64,000 nt of DNA from Thermoanaerobaculia bacterium (GTDB lineage Bacteria; Acidobacteriota; Thermoanaerobaculia; Gp7-AA8), in assembly GCA_036380735.1 (NCBI GenBank), contig DASVEE010000057.1:11646-75645 (forward strand), read 5' to 3'. Positions 47,854-58,600 of the stretch are shown here, one piece after another. Positions within the stretch are counted from its first letter, which is position 1, and each line of letters opens with the position of its first letter. Both the position numbers and the translations under genes were made by a program. Below the pieces are notes generated by a model that saw only the letters and a program-made list of their open reading frames with translations, had not been told where the DNA came from and did not search any database.

Positions 47854-50046
47854 ATGTCCAATCGACTGCCCACTCGACTGTCCATCACAGCCGTACTCGC
47901 CCTGTCGTTCGCTCTCTGCTCGACGTCTGCTTTTGCGGAAATCTTCAGCTGCGGCACCAAAGACGCCGTCATCCGGCGCGACGAGCAGGTGGCGAAATGG
48001 AGCGCCGCGCGGCGCGAGCACCTGATGGCGAAGGGCTTCAAGCCCGGCGTCAATGCCACGGTGCGCGATTTCGGCACAGTCGTGCTGCCGGCCGACGACT
48101 TCACCGCTCCGTTCTTCAACCCCGTCGACCTGCAGGGGAAGACGATCCACTTCACGCGGAAGGACAACTCGACGTTCACCGCCACCGTGGGTCCGCTGCA
48201 GTTCGACAGCGAGCGCGGTCCGCGGCTCAACATCCAGAGCCCGACCGGTGCGTCGCCCATCGACTTGCAGTTCGAGTTCCCCTTCTTCGACGAGAAGGTG
48301 AAGAAGGTGTACCCCGCCGCGAACAACGGGATCTTCCTGTCGTTCCCGGGCGGCGTGGCGTTCGAGCAGTTCAGCGATCTGGAGCTCGCGTCGCTGCGGC
48401 AGCCGGTCATCGCCCCGCTCCTGGCGACGAGCACGGCGCAGCCTTCGCCGGCGTCGACGTTCGCGCGCCAGACGGCTGACTCGCTCACCGTCACGTGGGC
48501 GCAGCCGGAGTACGAGGTGCAGGCGAAGCTCTTCGCCAACGGCGACATCCGCTTCTCGTACAACGTCATCGACGAAGTTCCCTCTGGCGCGCTGGTCATC
48601 ACCTCGGGCAAAGAAGCCTGGCGTGACGCACGCTCGGTCCTGGGCCAGAAAAGCGATCCCGTGGGCGACGTCACCAATGCGCCGTCGACCTTCATCACGG
48701 CGATGACCGACATCGAGAACGTGACGGTCAACCGCATCGCCAACAGCGATCTCCTCGAGTTTCGCATCGACGTAGCCGGGCCGATCGAAAAGCCCCGTCT
48801 CGGCGGCAGCCCGCTGCTGTTCGTCGTCGCGTTCGACAACGCGACGTACGCCCTCTTCGAGGTCAGCCGCACTGGCGACAATCAGTATCAGATCCCGGGC
48901 TGGGGACTGCTCACGAACAGCAACGCGGCACGGCTGGAAGGCGATCAGGTCGTCTTCAACCTGACCGAGGAGCTGCTGCCGCCGAACGTGAACCAGATCG
49001 CCGTCTTCACGCAGTGGGGCGAGACGGAAGGCGACTCCGCGTTCGTCGACGTGAACCTCGGCTCCGCCGCGGTGCCGATCCGCACCGACTTCTCCAAGCT
49101 GACGTCGGCGGACTTCAGCCGCCCGATCCTCGAATCGTTCACCGTGCCGGTGCTCAGCGTCAACGCGGTCTGGGAGACGCTGCGCGCGGCGTACAACCTC
49201 GATCCGGCCGACTGGGACGGCGTCGCGATCTACCAGAACTTCTACACGGACATCATCTACTACGCCGGTGCGTACTCCACGGTGGGCAATCCGCAGGTCG
49301 ACGGCATCAGCACGCGCTCGACCATGAGGAAAGATCGCCCCCGGTCACCGGCGCTGCTGCACATGAACAAGGTGGCGTACGGCGTCAATATGACGGAGCA
49401 GTCGGCGACGCACGTCGTCCTGCACGAGCTCGGACACCGTTGGCTGCTGCACATCGACATCAAGGAAAACGGCACGAGAACGCGGGCGCTGAATCCGATC
49501 AGCGCGCATCCTGCACAGTACGTCCATACGCCGGCGCCGTATCAGGTCTTCTCCAAGGATGACTCGTCCGTGATGGGCGGTGCGACGTTCACGGACAACG
49601 GCAACGGCACATTCAACTCGCCGCCGTACTCCTCCTACTCGTACAGCTACCTCGATCTCTACCTGATGGGCCTCATCCCGGGCTCCGACGTGCGGCCGTG
49701 GTTCTACATCGCCGAGAGCAATCCGACGCTCGGCGGCGCGTACTATCCGCCGCCCGCGCGGACGTTCGCCGGCAAGCGCCGCGACGTGACGATCGACAAC
49801 GTCGTCGAGGCGATGGGACCGCGCGATCCGGCGTGGCCCAACACGCAGCGCCAGTTCCGCGTGCTGACGGTGCTGATGGCCGATCCCTCGCGCGAGCCGA
49901 CGGCGTCCGAGATTGCGCTCGTCACGCGCTACCGCCGCCTGCTGGAGCAGGGCTTCAGCATCGCCACCGGCAACCGCGGCCATGTCACCACGCAGTTCCC
50001 GGTGCCGGAGCAGACCTCTCCGCGCCGCCGCACCACACGACCGTAG
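47854..50046 (+). CDS. secreted hypothetical protein with HExxH zinc-metalloprotease motif
   Basis: signal peptide MSNRLPTRLSITAVLALSFALCSTSAFA; VVLHELGHRW. Confidence 0.55.
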   Translation: MSNRLPTRLSITAVLALSFALCSTSAFAEIFSCGTKDAVIRRDEQVAKWSAARREHLMAKGFKPGVNATVRDFGTVVLPADDFTAPFFNPVDLQGKTIHFTRKDNSTFTATVGPLQFDSERGPRLNIQSPTGASPIDLQFEFPFFDEKVKKVYPAANNGIFLSFPGGVAFEQFSDLELASLRQPVIAPLLATSTAQPSPASTFARQTADSLTVTWAQPEYEVQAKLFANGDIRFSYNVIDEVPSGALVITSGKEAWRDARSVLGQKSDPVGDVTNAPSTFITAMTDIENVTVNRIANSDLLEFRIDVAGPIEKPRLGGSPLLFVVAFDNATYALFEVSRTGDNQYQIPGWGLLTNSNAARLEGDQVVFNLTEELLPPNVNQIAVFTQWGETEGDSAFVDVNLGSAAVPIRTDFSKLTSADFSRPILESFTVPVLSVNAVWETLRAAYNLDPADWDGVAIYQNFYTDIIYYAGAYSTVGNPQVDGISTRSTMRKDRPRSPALLHMNKVAYGVNMTEQSATHVVLHELGHRWLLHIDIKENGTRTRALNPISAHPAQYVHTPAPYQVFSKDDSSVMGGATFTDNGNGTFNSPPYSSYSYSYLDLYLMGLIPGSDVRPWFYIAESNPTLGGAYYPPPARTFAGKRRDVTIDNVVEAMGPRDPAWPNTQRQFRVLTVLMADPSREPTASEIALVTRYRRLLEQGFSIATGNRGHVTTQFPVPEQTSPRRRTTRP

Positions 50047-50069
50047 CTCTTCGATCGCTCTCAGCAGGG

Positions 50070-50101
50070 GGAGCGCCGGCCGCCCAGGCCGGCGCTCCGT
50101 T
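50070..50101 (+). terminator. stem-loop terminator-like structure
   Basis: GGAGCGCCGGCC-GCCCAG-GCCGGCGCTCC then GTTGTAAG. Confidence 0.4.
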
Positions 50102-50118
50102 GTAAGATCCGTTTCGCC

Positions 50119-50412
50119 ATGGCGAAAAACTTCGAGATCGTCTGCCCCTGCTGCGAGGCCACCCTCGTCATCGACCGGCTCAGCGGCGAAGTCCTCCTCC
50201 ATAAAGCGAAGGATCGCCCCCGTGCCTCCGGCTCGCTCGAATCGATGGTCGCCGGCCTCGAGTCGCAGAAGACCGAAGCGGAGAAGCGCTTCGAACGGCA
50301 GCTCGAGAGCCAGAAGGACCGCGCACGCATCCTCGAGGAGAAGTTCCGCGAAGCCCTGGAGCGCGCCGAGAAGTCCGACGAGAAGGTGATCAACCCGATG
50401 GACATGGACTGA
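50119..50412 (+). CDS. small zinc-ribbon protein (hypothetical)
   Basis: CPCCEATL N-terminal Cys cluster, charged helical tail. Confidence 0.45.
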   Translation: MAKNFEIVCPCCEATLVIDRLSGEVLLHKAKDRPRASGSLESMVAGLESQKTEAEKRFERQLESQKDRARILEEKFREALERAEKSDEKVINPMDMD

Positions 50413-50416
50413 CGGC

Positions 50417-50483
50417 CGGTTTTCGGTTGTCGGTTGTCGGTTTTCGGTCCTCACCAAAAACCGAAAACCGAAAACCGACAACC
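50417..50483. repeat. hairpin with arms of tandem CGGTTTT/CGGTTGT heptamers ending 4 nt before ureohydrolase ATG
   Basis: CGGTTTTCGGTTGTCGGTTGTCGGTTTTCGG tcctcacc AAAAACCGAAAACCGAAAACCGACAACC. Confidence 0.85.
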
Positions 50484-50486
50484 ATC

Positions 50487-51527
50487 ATGACCAGCACAAC
50501 CAACCACTCCGCACCAGCCTTCGACCCAGACGCCCCTGCCACCGGCGACGGTATCTACGGACTCCCGTTCACTCCTGACGAAGCGAAAGTCGTGATCGTC
50601 CCGGTCCCGTACGAGGCCACGACCTCCTACGGCGGCGGGACGTCCGGCGGCCCGTCGGCGGTGCTCGAAGCGTCGAAGCAGGTCGACCTCTACGATCACG
50701 AGACCGGCCGCCCCTACGCCGCCGGGATCGCCATGCTCGACGTCCCGGCGCAGATTGCCGCGTGGAACGAAGAGGCGAAATGCATCGCGCAGCACGTCAT
50801 CGAGCAGGGTGGCGTCATCGACGACGCCACGCGCAACGCCGCCGCGAAGGTCAACGACTACGGCACCCGCGTCAACGAATGGGTGCGCGCACAGACCGCC
50901 GCGCTGCTCGACGCCGGCAAGATGCCCGTCATCCTCGGCGGTGATCACGCCGTGCCGTTCGGCGCCATCCAGGCCTACGCCGAAAAGTACCCTGGCCTCG
51001 GCATCCTGCACCTCGACGCGCACGCCGACCTCCGCGACGCCTACGAAGGCTTCACGTGGTCCCACGCCTCGATTTTCCACAACGTGATGACGAAGCTTCC
51101 GAAGGTCGGGAAGCTCGTGCAGGTTGGCGTCCGCGACCTCGGGCAGGCGGAGAGCGAGATGATCGCCGGCTCCGACGGCCGCATCGTCACGTTCTTCGAC
51201 GGCGACCTCGCCGCGCGCAAGGACGACGGCGTCCCGTTCGCCCGGCTGGCCGACGAGATCGTCGCCGAGCTGCCGGATGACGTTTATCTGTCCTGGGACA
51301 TCGATGGCCTCGATCCGACACTCTGCCCCGGCACCGGCACGCCGGTTCCGGGTGGCCTCTCGTGGAACGAAGCCATCGCCCTGCTGCGCGCCGTCAAGCG
51401 TGCCGGCAAACGGATCGTGGGGCTGGATTTGTGCGAAGTGTCACCCGGCGACACCGAGTGGGACGCCAACGTCGGCGCGCGATTGCTCTACAAGATGATC
51501 GGGTTCGCGTTGCTCACGCAGGGCTAG
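50487..51527 (+). CDS. arginase/agmatinase/formiminoglutamase-family ureohydrolase
   Basis: GGDHAV, HLDAHADL, DIDGLDP manganese-binding motifs. Confidence 0.8.
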   Translation: MTSTTNHSAPAFDPDAPATGDGIYGLPFTPDEAKVVIVPVPYEATTSYGGGTSGGPSAVLEASKQVDLYDHETGRPYAAGIAMLDVPAQIAAWNEEAKCIAQHVIEQGGVIDDATRNAAAKVNDYGTRVNEWVRAQTAALLDAGKMPVILGGDHAVPFGAIQAYAEKYPGLGILHLDAHADLRDAYEGFTWSHASIFHNVMTKLPKVGKLVQVGVRDLGQAESEMIAGSDGRIVTFFDGDLAARKDDGVPFARLADEIVAELPDDVYLSWDIDGLDPTLCPGTGTPVPGGLSWNEAIALLRAVKRAGKRIVGLDLCEVSPGDTEWDANVGARLLYKMIGFALLTQG

Positions 51528-51645
51528 GGCGAAGAACGATAGGACGAATAGGACCTATGGGACGGATAGGACCTATGCGACCGCGATCCGTCCCGTCCGT
51601 CCTATCTGTCCTATAGGTCCTATAGGTCCTTTCGGTCCCATCGTT
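51527..51645. repeat. ATAGGAC-unit hairpin element (copy 11)
   Basis: GATAGGACGAATAGGACCTATGGGACGGATAGGACCTATG ... GTCCTATCTGTCCTATAGGTCCTATAGGTCC. Confidence 0.85.
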
Positions 51646-51722
51646 ATCCAACACCGGCCGCGCGGCGCGTCCTGCCTGAACGCGATGTGTCGGAGCCCGG
51701 ACGCAGTGCGTCGGACCCTCGA

Positions 51723-52526
51723 TCAATCGATGGCGACGCCGGACAGATCGGGTTCCGGGTAGCTCATCTGCAGTTTTGCCAGCTCCTGTTCCACGATGGA
51801 GGCGACCAGGTAGTTGCGGTACCACTTCGCGTTCGCTGGGACGACCCACCACGGTGCTGACTGCGTCGACGTCTTCTGCAGGACGGCTTCGTACGCCTTC
51901 TGGTAGTCGCTCCAGAGCTTGCGCGCCTCCAGATCCGAGTGCTGGAACTTCCAGCGTTTGGTCGGATCGTCGACGCGCGCCTGCAGCCGTTTCTTCTGCT
52001 CGCTCTTGCTGATGTGGAGGAAGAGCTTGATCACGAGCGTGCCGGATTCGACGAGCATACGCTCGAAGTCGTTGATCTGCTGGTAGCGCGGTTTCCAGAC
52101 TGACGAGGGGACGAGGTCGTGCACGCGCACGACGAGCACGTCTTCGTAGTGGCTGCGGTTGAAGACGACGATCTCGCCGTTCGCCGGCACCTTCATATGC
52201 ACGCGCCAGAGAAAGTCGCGCTCGAGCTCCGGCTCGGTCGGCGCCTTGAACGATTCGATGCGCGTCCCCTGCGGATTGAAACCGCCCATGACGTGGCGGA
52301 TCGCGCCGTCCTTGCCCGACGTGTCCATCCCCTGGAGCAGGATCAGCACGCGCTTCCTGTGCTCGGCGAAGAGCACTTCCTGCAGCGCGGCCAGCCGCTC
52401 CTGCAGCTTCGCGCTCGCTTCCTTCGCCGCCTCTTTATCCCCGATGAGCGAGGTGTCGTCGGGATCGAAGTCTTTCAGCTTGACCGGGCTGTCCGGTGCA
52501 ACGCGGTACTTCTCGAGCTCGCTCAA
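51723..52526 (-). CDS. ppk2: polyphosphate kinase 2 family (polyphosphate:nucleotide phosphotransferase)
   Basis: Walker A LQGMDTSGKDGAIRH, PPK2 lid region, 267 aa single-domain. Confidence 0.85.
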   Translation of the reverse strand: MSELEKYRVAPDSPVKLKDFDPDDTSLIGDKEAAKEASAKLQERLAALQEVLFAEHRKRVLILLQGMDTSGKDGAIRHVMGGFNPQGTRIESFKAPTEPELERDFLWRVHMKVPANGEIVVFNRSHYEDVLVVRVHDLVPSSVWKPRYQQINDFERMLVESGTLVIKLFLHISKSEQKKRLQARVDDPTKRWKFQHSDLEARKLWSDYQKAYEAVLQKTSTQSAPWWVVPANAKWYRNYLVASIVEQELAKLQMSYPEPDLSGVAID

Positions 52527-52541
52527 CGCTCCTCCGTGCGG

Positions 52542-53018
52542 CTACGCATGGCGATCCGGCGCTTTCTCGTCCAGCACCGACACCTTGGCCGCGATCATGA
52601 CGTGGTGTTCGAGGCCCATCAGGTCGGCGAGCTTGCGCACGAGGTAGTTCTCGTAATCGGTCAGCTTGCCGTCGGAGAAGACCATGCGCCACATCGTCTT
52701 CACGATCTCGATGCGCTCCTCGAGCGTGGCGTTTTTGCGGATGAACGACGTCAGCGCGAAGTGGTCGATCGTCCGGCCGCGGATCTCGGCGGCGGCTTCG
52801 ATCAGCTCCTTGGTGTCGCCGGGGGAGAGCTCGAAGCGTCCGGCGAGATAGCCGGCCAGATCTTCGTCTTCCGAGGCGCTCAGCTCGCCGTCGGCGTAAC
52901 CGATGTCGAGCAGCACGGCGGCCGTCGCAAGACGCAACGGCTCATGGCGGTTGTGGGGCTCCGGCGCTGCTTCCGTCAGGCCGGACTTGATCCTCGAGAC
53001 AAGTTTTGTAAAGCTCAC
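52542..53018 (-). CDS. TerB-like (tellurite-resistance/DjlA N-domain family) protein
   Basis: paired ADG..S..E..L motifs (DIGYADGELSASEDEDL; MVFSDGKLTDYENYLV); GTG 53018 chosen so as not to overlap divergent gene; 16 bp upstream of ppk2. Confidence 0.45.
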   Translation of the reverse strand: MSFTKLVSRIKSGLTEAAPEPHNRHEPLRLATAAVLLDIGYADGELSASEDEDLAGYLAGRFELSPGDTKELIEAAAEIRGRTIDHFALTSFIRKNATLEERIEIVKTMWRMVFSDGKLTDYENYLVRKLADLMGLEHHVMIAAKVSVLDEKAPDRHA

Positions 53019-53027
53019 AGGCCGATT

Positions 53028-53504
53028 ATGCCTCTCATCGAATTGCAAAACCTCTCGAACGACGCCCGCATCTGGATCTTTGGGATCTCGCCGGCACTGA
53101 ATGAACAGCAGAGCGCGGCCTTTCTCGAGCGCGTCGATCGCTTCCTGCACGACTGGGCTGCACACGGCACGCCGATCACCTCGGCCCGCGAGCTCCGCGA
53201 AGGAAGTTTTCTCGTGGTTGCCGTCGATAAGCGCTCCGAAACCTCGGGCTGCTCGATCGACAAGATGTTCGGGACGCTCAAGCAGCTCGAACAGGCGCTC
53301 GGCGTGACCATCCTCGACAGCACGCGCGTGTTTCTGCGTGGTGACGAAGGGCGTGTCAAAGCGTTACCGCGCGGCGAGTTCCGCACGGCCGGCACCGCGG
53401 ACACAATGGTGTTTGACATCCTGGCGGAGCGCCTGGGCGACGTCCGCAGCGGCACGTGGGAGCGTCGCGCCGCCGATTCGTGGCATAAGGCGCTGGTCGG
53501 CTAG
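53028..53504 (+). CDS. hypothetical protein (158 aa)
   Basis: ATG 53028 in frame at end of long track ORF; MPLIELQNLSNDARIWIFGISPALNE...; no motifs. Confidence 0.35.
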   Translation: MPLIELQNLSNDARIWIFGISPALNEQQSAAFLERVDRFLHDWAAHGTPITSARELREGSFLVVAVDKRSETSGCSIDKMFGTLKQLEQALGVTILDSTRVFLRGDEGRVKALPRGEFRTAGTADTMVFDILAERLGDVRSGTWERRAADSWHKALVG

Positions 53505-53601
53505 GCCCCATTTTTGGCCGGTCAACACCGCGCAACAGCTCTTCAACGAAACGGTCCACTCCGGCAACCCGGCGAATCCGCGGCCCGTACGATGCGCGCA
53601 A

Positions 53602-55050
53602 ATGAAACGATCATTCATCGTCGCCGCACTCCTTCTGTTCGCATCGGCCGCGCAGGCCGACCTTCTCGACTCCTGGCGTAAGGCCAAGTCCGTCCTCGAT
53701 CGGGGCCTCGCCGCGATGGGCGGAGTCGACGCCCTGCGCTCGAAGAAGCAGGTCTCGATGACCTTCACGGGTACGGAGTGGCGCGTCGGCCAGAGCGCCG
53801 ATCCCGAAAAGCCGCTCGACACCGTGCCGACCGACGGCCGCATCTACCTCGACAGCGAGAAGCAGCGCGGCCTCGTCGAAAGCTCCCAGCGCTACGTGCC
53901 GGACTACGAGTTCCGCGGACGCACGGTCTTCGACGGCGCGAACGCCTGGAACATGAACGTCTCCTGGCACACGGCGTTCCCCGTGCAGAACGTCCCGCAG
54001 CAGTTCCGCACGACGCTCCGCGGCCGGCCGCATCATCTGCTGCTCTTTGCCAGCGAGCGCGCCAACACGCTCCGCTACCTCGGCAATGAAGACGGCCACG
54101 ACGTGATCGTCTTTGCCGACACCGACGGATCGCAGAACACGCTCCATTTCGATTCCGCGCACATGCTGCGCAAGGTCGTCACGTTCTTCTCCGATCCGAT
54201 CCGCGGCGACGTGCTCGCCGAGACGACGTACCCCGAGTACCGCGCCATTGATGGCGTGCAGATGCCGGTGCGCATGGTGCGCCGCGAGAACGGCGTCGTC
54301 GTGCGCGACCTCGCGTTCACCGGCATCAAGTTCAACACCCCGATCGCCGAGGCCGATTTGAAGGTGCCGGAGGGGTGGGGCCCGCCGGCCGGCGGCGAGC
54401 AGAAGGTGACGAAAGTCGGCGAAGGCGTCTGGACGCTGGAGATGCCCGATCCGACGATGATGTTCGCCGAGGCGGATGGCGGCGTGTACATCATCGAGGG
54501 CGCGTCGCAGGATGCGGCGTTCGCCGAGCGCGTCATCGCGAAGGTCCGCGAGACGCTGCCGGGCAAGGAGATCAAGGGCGTCGTCATGACGCACTGGCAC
54601 CACGACCACAGCGGCGGCGTGCGCGCGTACATCGCCGCCGGCATCCCGATCATCACGACGCCGTCGAACGTGAAGTGGATCCAGCGCGCCGCGACGGAAG
54701 GGAAGCGCACGATCGCGCCGGATGCACTGGCGCGGGCGCCGAAGGCGCCGGTCGTCCAGACGTTCGAAGGGCGGAAGCGCATCGGCAACTTCGAGCTTGT
54801 CGAACTGACGAAGACGCCGCACGTCGACAGCATCCTCGTGGCGTGGTTCCCCAAAGAGAAGGTGCTGTTCCAGAGCGATCTCGTGATCATGCCGCGCGAG
54901 CGTGAGATGAACATGTCGCCGGTGCTCTCCCGCTGGCTCGAAGGCGAGCTGAAACGGCTGAAGCTCGTACCGGAAACGATCGTCGGTTATCACGGACGTT
55001 CGATTCGACGTGACGAATTGACAAGACTCGCTGCCACGCCGGGCGCATAA
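53602..55050 (+). CDS. secreted metallo-beta-lactamase-fold protein with N-terminal extra domain
   Basis: signal peptide MKRSFIVAALLLFASAAQA; THWHHDHSGG (HxHxDH). Confidence 0.7.
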   Translation: MKRSFIVAALLLFASAAQADLLDSWRKAKSVLDRGLAAMGGVDALRSKKQVSMTFTGTEWRVGQSADPEKPLDTVPTDGRIYLDSEKQRGLVESSQRYVPDYEFRGRTVFDGANAWNMNVSWHTAFPVQNVPQQFRTTLRGRPHHLLLFASERANTLRYLGNEDGHDVIVFADTDGSQNTLHFDSAHMLRKVVTFFSDPIRGDVLAETTYPEYRAIDGVQMPVRMVRRENGVVVRDLAFTGIKFNTPIAEADLKVPEGWGPPAGGEQKVTKVGEGVWTLEMPDPTMMFAEADGGVYIIEGASQDAAFAERVIAKVRETLPGKEIKGVVMTHWHHDHSGGVRAYIAAGIPIITTPSNVKWIQRAATEGKRTIAPDALARAPKAPVVQTFEGRKRIGNFELVELTKTPHVDSILVAWFPKEKVLFQSDLVIMPREREMNMSPVLSRWLEGELKRLKLVPETIVGYHGRSIRRDELTRLAATPGA

Positions 55051-55058
55051 TCGCACTC

Positions 55059-55508
55059 ATGAAGATCGAGATCCGTCGCGCGACGCCCACCGATTCGGAA
55101 CGCGCGACCGAGATCGCGCACAAGGGCAAAGCGCATTGGGGCTATCCGGTCGAATGGATGGAAGCCTGGCGCAGCGAGCTTGCGATCACGGCCGAAGAAA
55201 TCGAAAAGCACCCGACGTTCGTCGCGTCGGTGGAAGGAGAGGTCGTCGGCGTTTGCCAGTTGCGCGAGCCCGACGGCCGCTCCGTCCTCGAGCACGTGTG
55301 GGTCGACCCCAGCGTCCACGGCCGCGGCGTCGGCCGCGCCCTCGTCGAGAAAGCCCGCAGCATCGCCCAGGGCCTGATCGTGATCATCGCCGACCCCAGC
55401 GCCGAGCCGTTCTACGTGAAGCTCGGCGCCAGAAGGGTAGGGCAGGTGGCCGCCCCGATGCCCGGCGCCCCCAAAAGAGCGCTGCCGCTGCTGGAAATGG
55501 ACGCGTAG
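55059..55508 (+). CDS. GNAT family N-acetyltransferase
   Basis: VGVCQLRE...HVWVDPSVHGRGVGRALVEKA acetyl-CoA-binding motif. Confidence 0.7.
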   Translation: MKIEIRRATPTDSERATEIAHKGKAHWGYPVEWMEAWRSELAITAEEIEKHPTFVASVEGEVVGVCQLREPDGRSVLEHVWVDPSVHGRGVGRALVEKARSIAQGLIVIIADPSAEPFYVKLGARRVGQVAAPMPGAPKRALPLLEMDA

Positions 55509-55520
55509 GCGATAGCGCCA

Positions 55521-55645
55521 GGGAATCGATAGGACGAATAGGACCTATAGGACGGATAGGACCAACGGCCCGGGGTTCAACCCTGTGCCTTCGGTCCTAT
55601 TCGTCCTATAGGTCCTATTTGTCCTATACGTCCTATTCAACCGCC
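55521..55645. repeat. ATAGGAC-unit hairpin element (copy 12)
   Basis: GATAGGACGAATAGGACCTATAGGACGGATAGGACC ... GGTCCTATTCGTCCTATAGGTCCTATTTGTCCTATACGTCCTATTC. Confidence 0.85.
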
Positions 55646-55695
55646 GGCGCCCACGGTCCAGCCACGCACGGCGCAGCCGGACCGCGGTGCACCCC

Positions 55696-58600
55696 TTAGC
55701 CGATCGCCTTTTCCACCAGCGCCTTCTGCTGTTCCTCATGGCGGTGGTGTGACCCCGTCGCCGGCGCGGCCGCGACCGGGCGTCCCACGTAGTGCAGCTT
55801 CTGGCCGTCGCTCAGCAGCGACGCCAGGTGCTCGTGCAGGAACGGCCAGGCGCCCATGTTGCGCGGCTCTTCCTGGACCCACATCACCTCCGTCGCGTTG
55901 GGGTACTGCTTCAGCGCGTTGGCCAGCAACCGCTGCGGGAACGGGTAGAACTGCTCGAGGCGGACGACCGGGACGTTCGCGCTGGCCTTGTCGCGCGCGG
56001 CTTTCAGGTCGTAGTAGACCTTGCCGCTCGTGAGGACGATGCGCTTCACGTCGCCGCCGTCGATCTGCGTGTCCGGCAGCACCGGCTCGAAGCGGCCGCT
56101 GGTGAGCTGCTCGAGCGGCGACACCGCCTGCGGATGGCGCAGCAGCGACTTCGGCGTCATCACGACGAGCGGTTTGCGCGGCTTGTTCTTCATCTGGCGG
56201 CGCAGCGCGTGGAAGTACTGCGCCGGCGTCGTCGGATAGATGACCTGCATGTTCCCCTCGGCGCAGAGCGTGAGGAAGCGCTCCAGGCGCGCGGACGAAT
56301 GCTCCGGGCCCTGTCCTTCGTAGCCGTGCGGCAGCAGCATCACGACGCCGCTGTGCTGGCCCCACTTCTCTTCGCCGCTGGAGATGAACTGGTCGACGAT
56401 GACCTGGCCGACGTTGAAGAAGTCGCCGAACTGCGCTTCCCAGGCGACGAGCGCCCCCGGATCGGCGACCGAGTAGCCGTACTCGAAGCCGAGCACGCCG
56501 TACTCGGAGAGCAGCGAGTCATAGACGGAGAAGTTGACGTCCGCGACCGGGTTGTTCGTCTCCTGCGAGAGCGCGTTGTCGACGACGACCGGGTCGGCGA
56601 CCGGCGCCGGCTGCGTCGTTTTCGCCAGCGCGTTGAGCGGCACGTAGCCTTTGCCCGTCGCGTAGTCGTGAATGATGGCGTGACGGTGCGAGAACGTGCC
56701 GCGGCCGACGTCCTGTCCCGACAGGCGCACGCGGAAGCCTTCGAGCAGCAGCGACCCGAACGCGAGCAGCTCGCCCGTGCCCCAGTCCATCGGCTCCTGT
56801 CCCAGCGCCATCGACTTGCGCTTCGTCAGCACCGGCTTCAGCTTCGGATGCACGGTGAAGCTCTCGGGCGTGTTCGCCAGCGCTTCCGCGACCTTCGCCA
56901 GCTCTTCGCGCGCGACCGAGGTGTCGGGGGAGGGCTCGTTCTGGTAGCCGGTGACGTCTTCGTCCGTCCAGAGCGGATCGCGGTGCGACGGCGGCGCGTG
57001 CTGCTCCTTCGTCCGGTCGAACGCTTCCTGCAGCTTCGCCTGGAACTGGTCGAGCCACTGCTCCGCTTCCTGCGGATCGATGTCGCCCTTGCGCAGGAGC
57101 TGTTCCGTGTAGATCTTGCGCGGGGAGCGGTGGTCCTTGATCAGCTTGTACATCAGCGGCTGCGTGAGCGACGGCTCGTCGCCCTCGTTGTGGCCGTGAC
57201 GGCGGTAGCAGACGAGGTCGATGACCACGTCCTTGTGGAACTGCTGGCGGAAGTCGTACGCCAGCTTCATCGCGCGGATGCACGCTTCCGGATCGTCGCC
57301 GTTGACGTGGAAGATCGGCGCCTGCACGGCCTTCGCGACGTCGGTCGCGTAGGTCGAGGAGCGCGCCGACTCCGGCCCGGTCGTGAAGCCGACCTGGTTG
57401 TTGATGACCACGTGCACCGTGCCGCCGGTGCGGTAGCCCTTGAGCTGCGAGAGGTTGAGCGTTTCGGCGACCACACCCTGGCCGGCGAACGCCGCGTCGC
57501 CGTGCAGCAGCACGGGGATGACGAGCGCTCGGTTCTTGTCGCCGATCAGCTTCTGCTTCGCGCGCACCATGCCTTCGACGATCGGGTCGACCGCTTCGAG
57601 ATGGCTGGGGTTGGACGCGAGCGCGAGCTTCATGTGCCCGCCGGCGGGCGTCTGGTGCACGCCGTCCGCGCCGAGGTGGTACTTCACGTCGCCCGATCCC
57701 TCGCGGGAGTTCGGGTCGATGTCGCCTTCGAACTCGCGGAAGATCTGCTCGTACGACTTGCCGAGCACGTTCGCCAGCACGTTGAGGCGGCCGCGGTGGG
57801 CCATGCCGATGACGCCTTCCACGACGCCGTCAGAGGCGGCTTCGTTGAAGAGGTAGTCGAGCATCGGGATGAGCGTCTCCGCTCCTTCGAGCGAGAAGCG
57901 CTTGTGGCCGACGTACTTCGTGTGCAGGAAGCGCTCGAACGCTTCCGCGTCGTTGAGCTTCATCAGGATGCGGCGCTTGGTCGCCAGGTCGAGCGACTGT
58001 TTGTTGCGCGCCGGCTCCATCCGGTCCTGCAGCCACTTCTTCTGCTCCGGATCCATGATGTGCATGAACTCGGGGCCGACCTTGCCGCAGTACGTCTCGC
58101 GCAGCGTGTCGAGGATGTCGCGCAGCTTGGAGACCTGGCGCCCGCACAGACCGCCGCAGACGAACTCGCGGTCGAGGTCCCACACCGTCAGCCCGTAGTA
58201 CTGCGGGTCGAGCTCCGGATGCTTGCGGACGTGATACTCGAGCGGATCGATGTCGGCGAGGAGATGACCGCGCACGCGATAGGCGTTGATCATCTGCAGC
58301 ACGGCGGCTTCGCGCGCCACGATCTCGTCGGACGTCGAGCCGGTGAGGGCGAGACGGTGACGGTCGCGGGCCCAGCGCACCGGCTCGTACGGGATGCGCA
58401 GGTCGCGGTAGATGTGATCGTAGAAGTCGTCGGCGCCGATCAGCAGCTCGTGGACTCGGGAGAGATAGGCGCCCGACTCCGCGCCTTGGATGATGCGATG
58501 GTCGTACGTCGACGTCATCGTCATCACTTTCGAGATGCCGAGGTCGGCGAGGACGGCCGGATCGGAGGCGGAGTATTCGGCGGAGTAGTCGATCGCGCCC

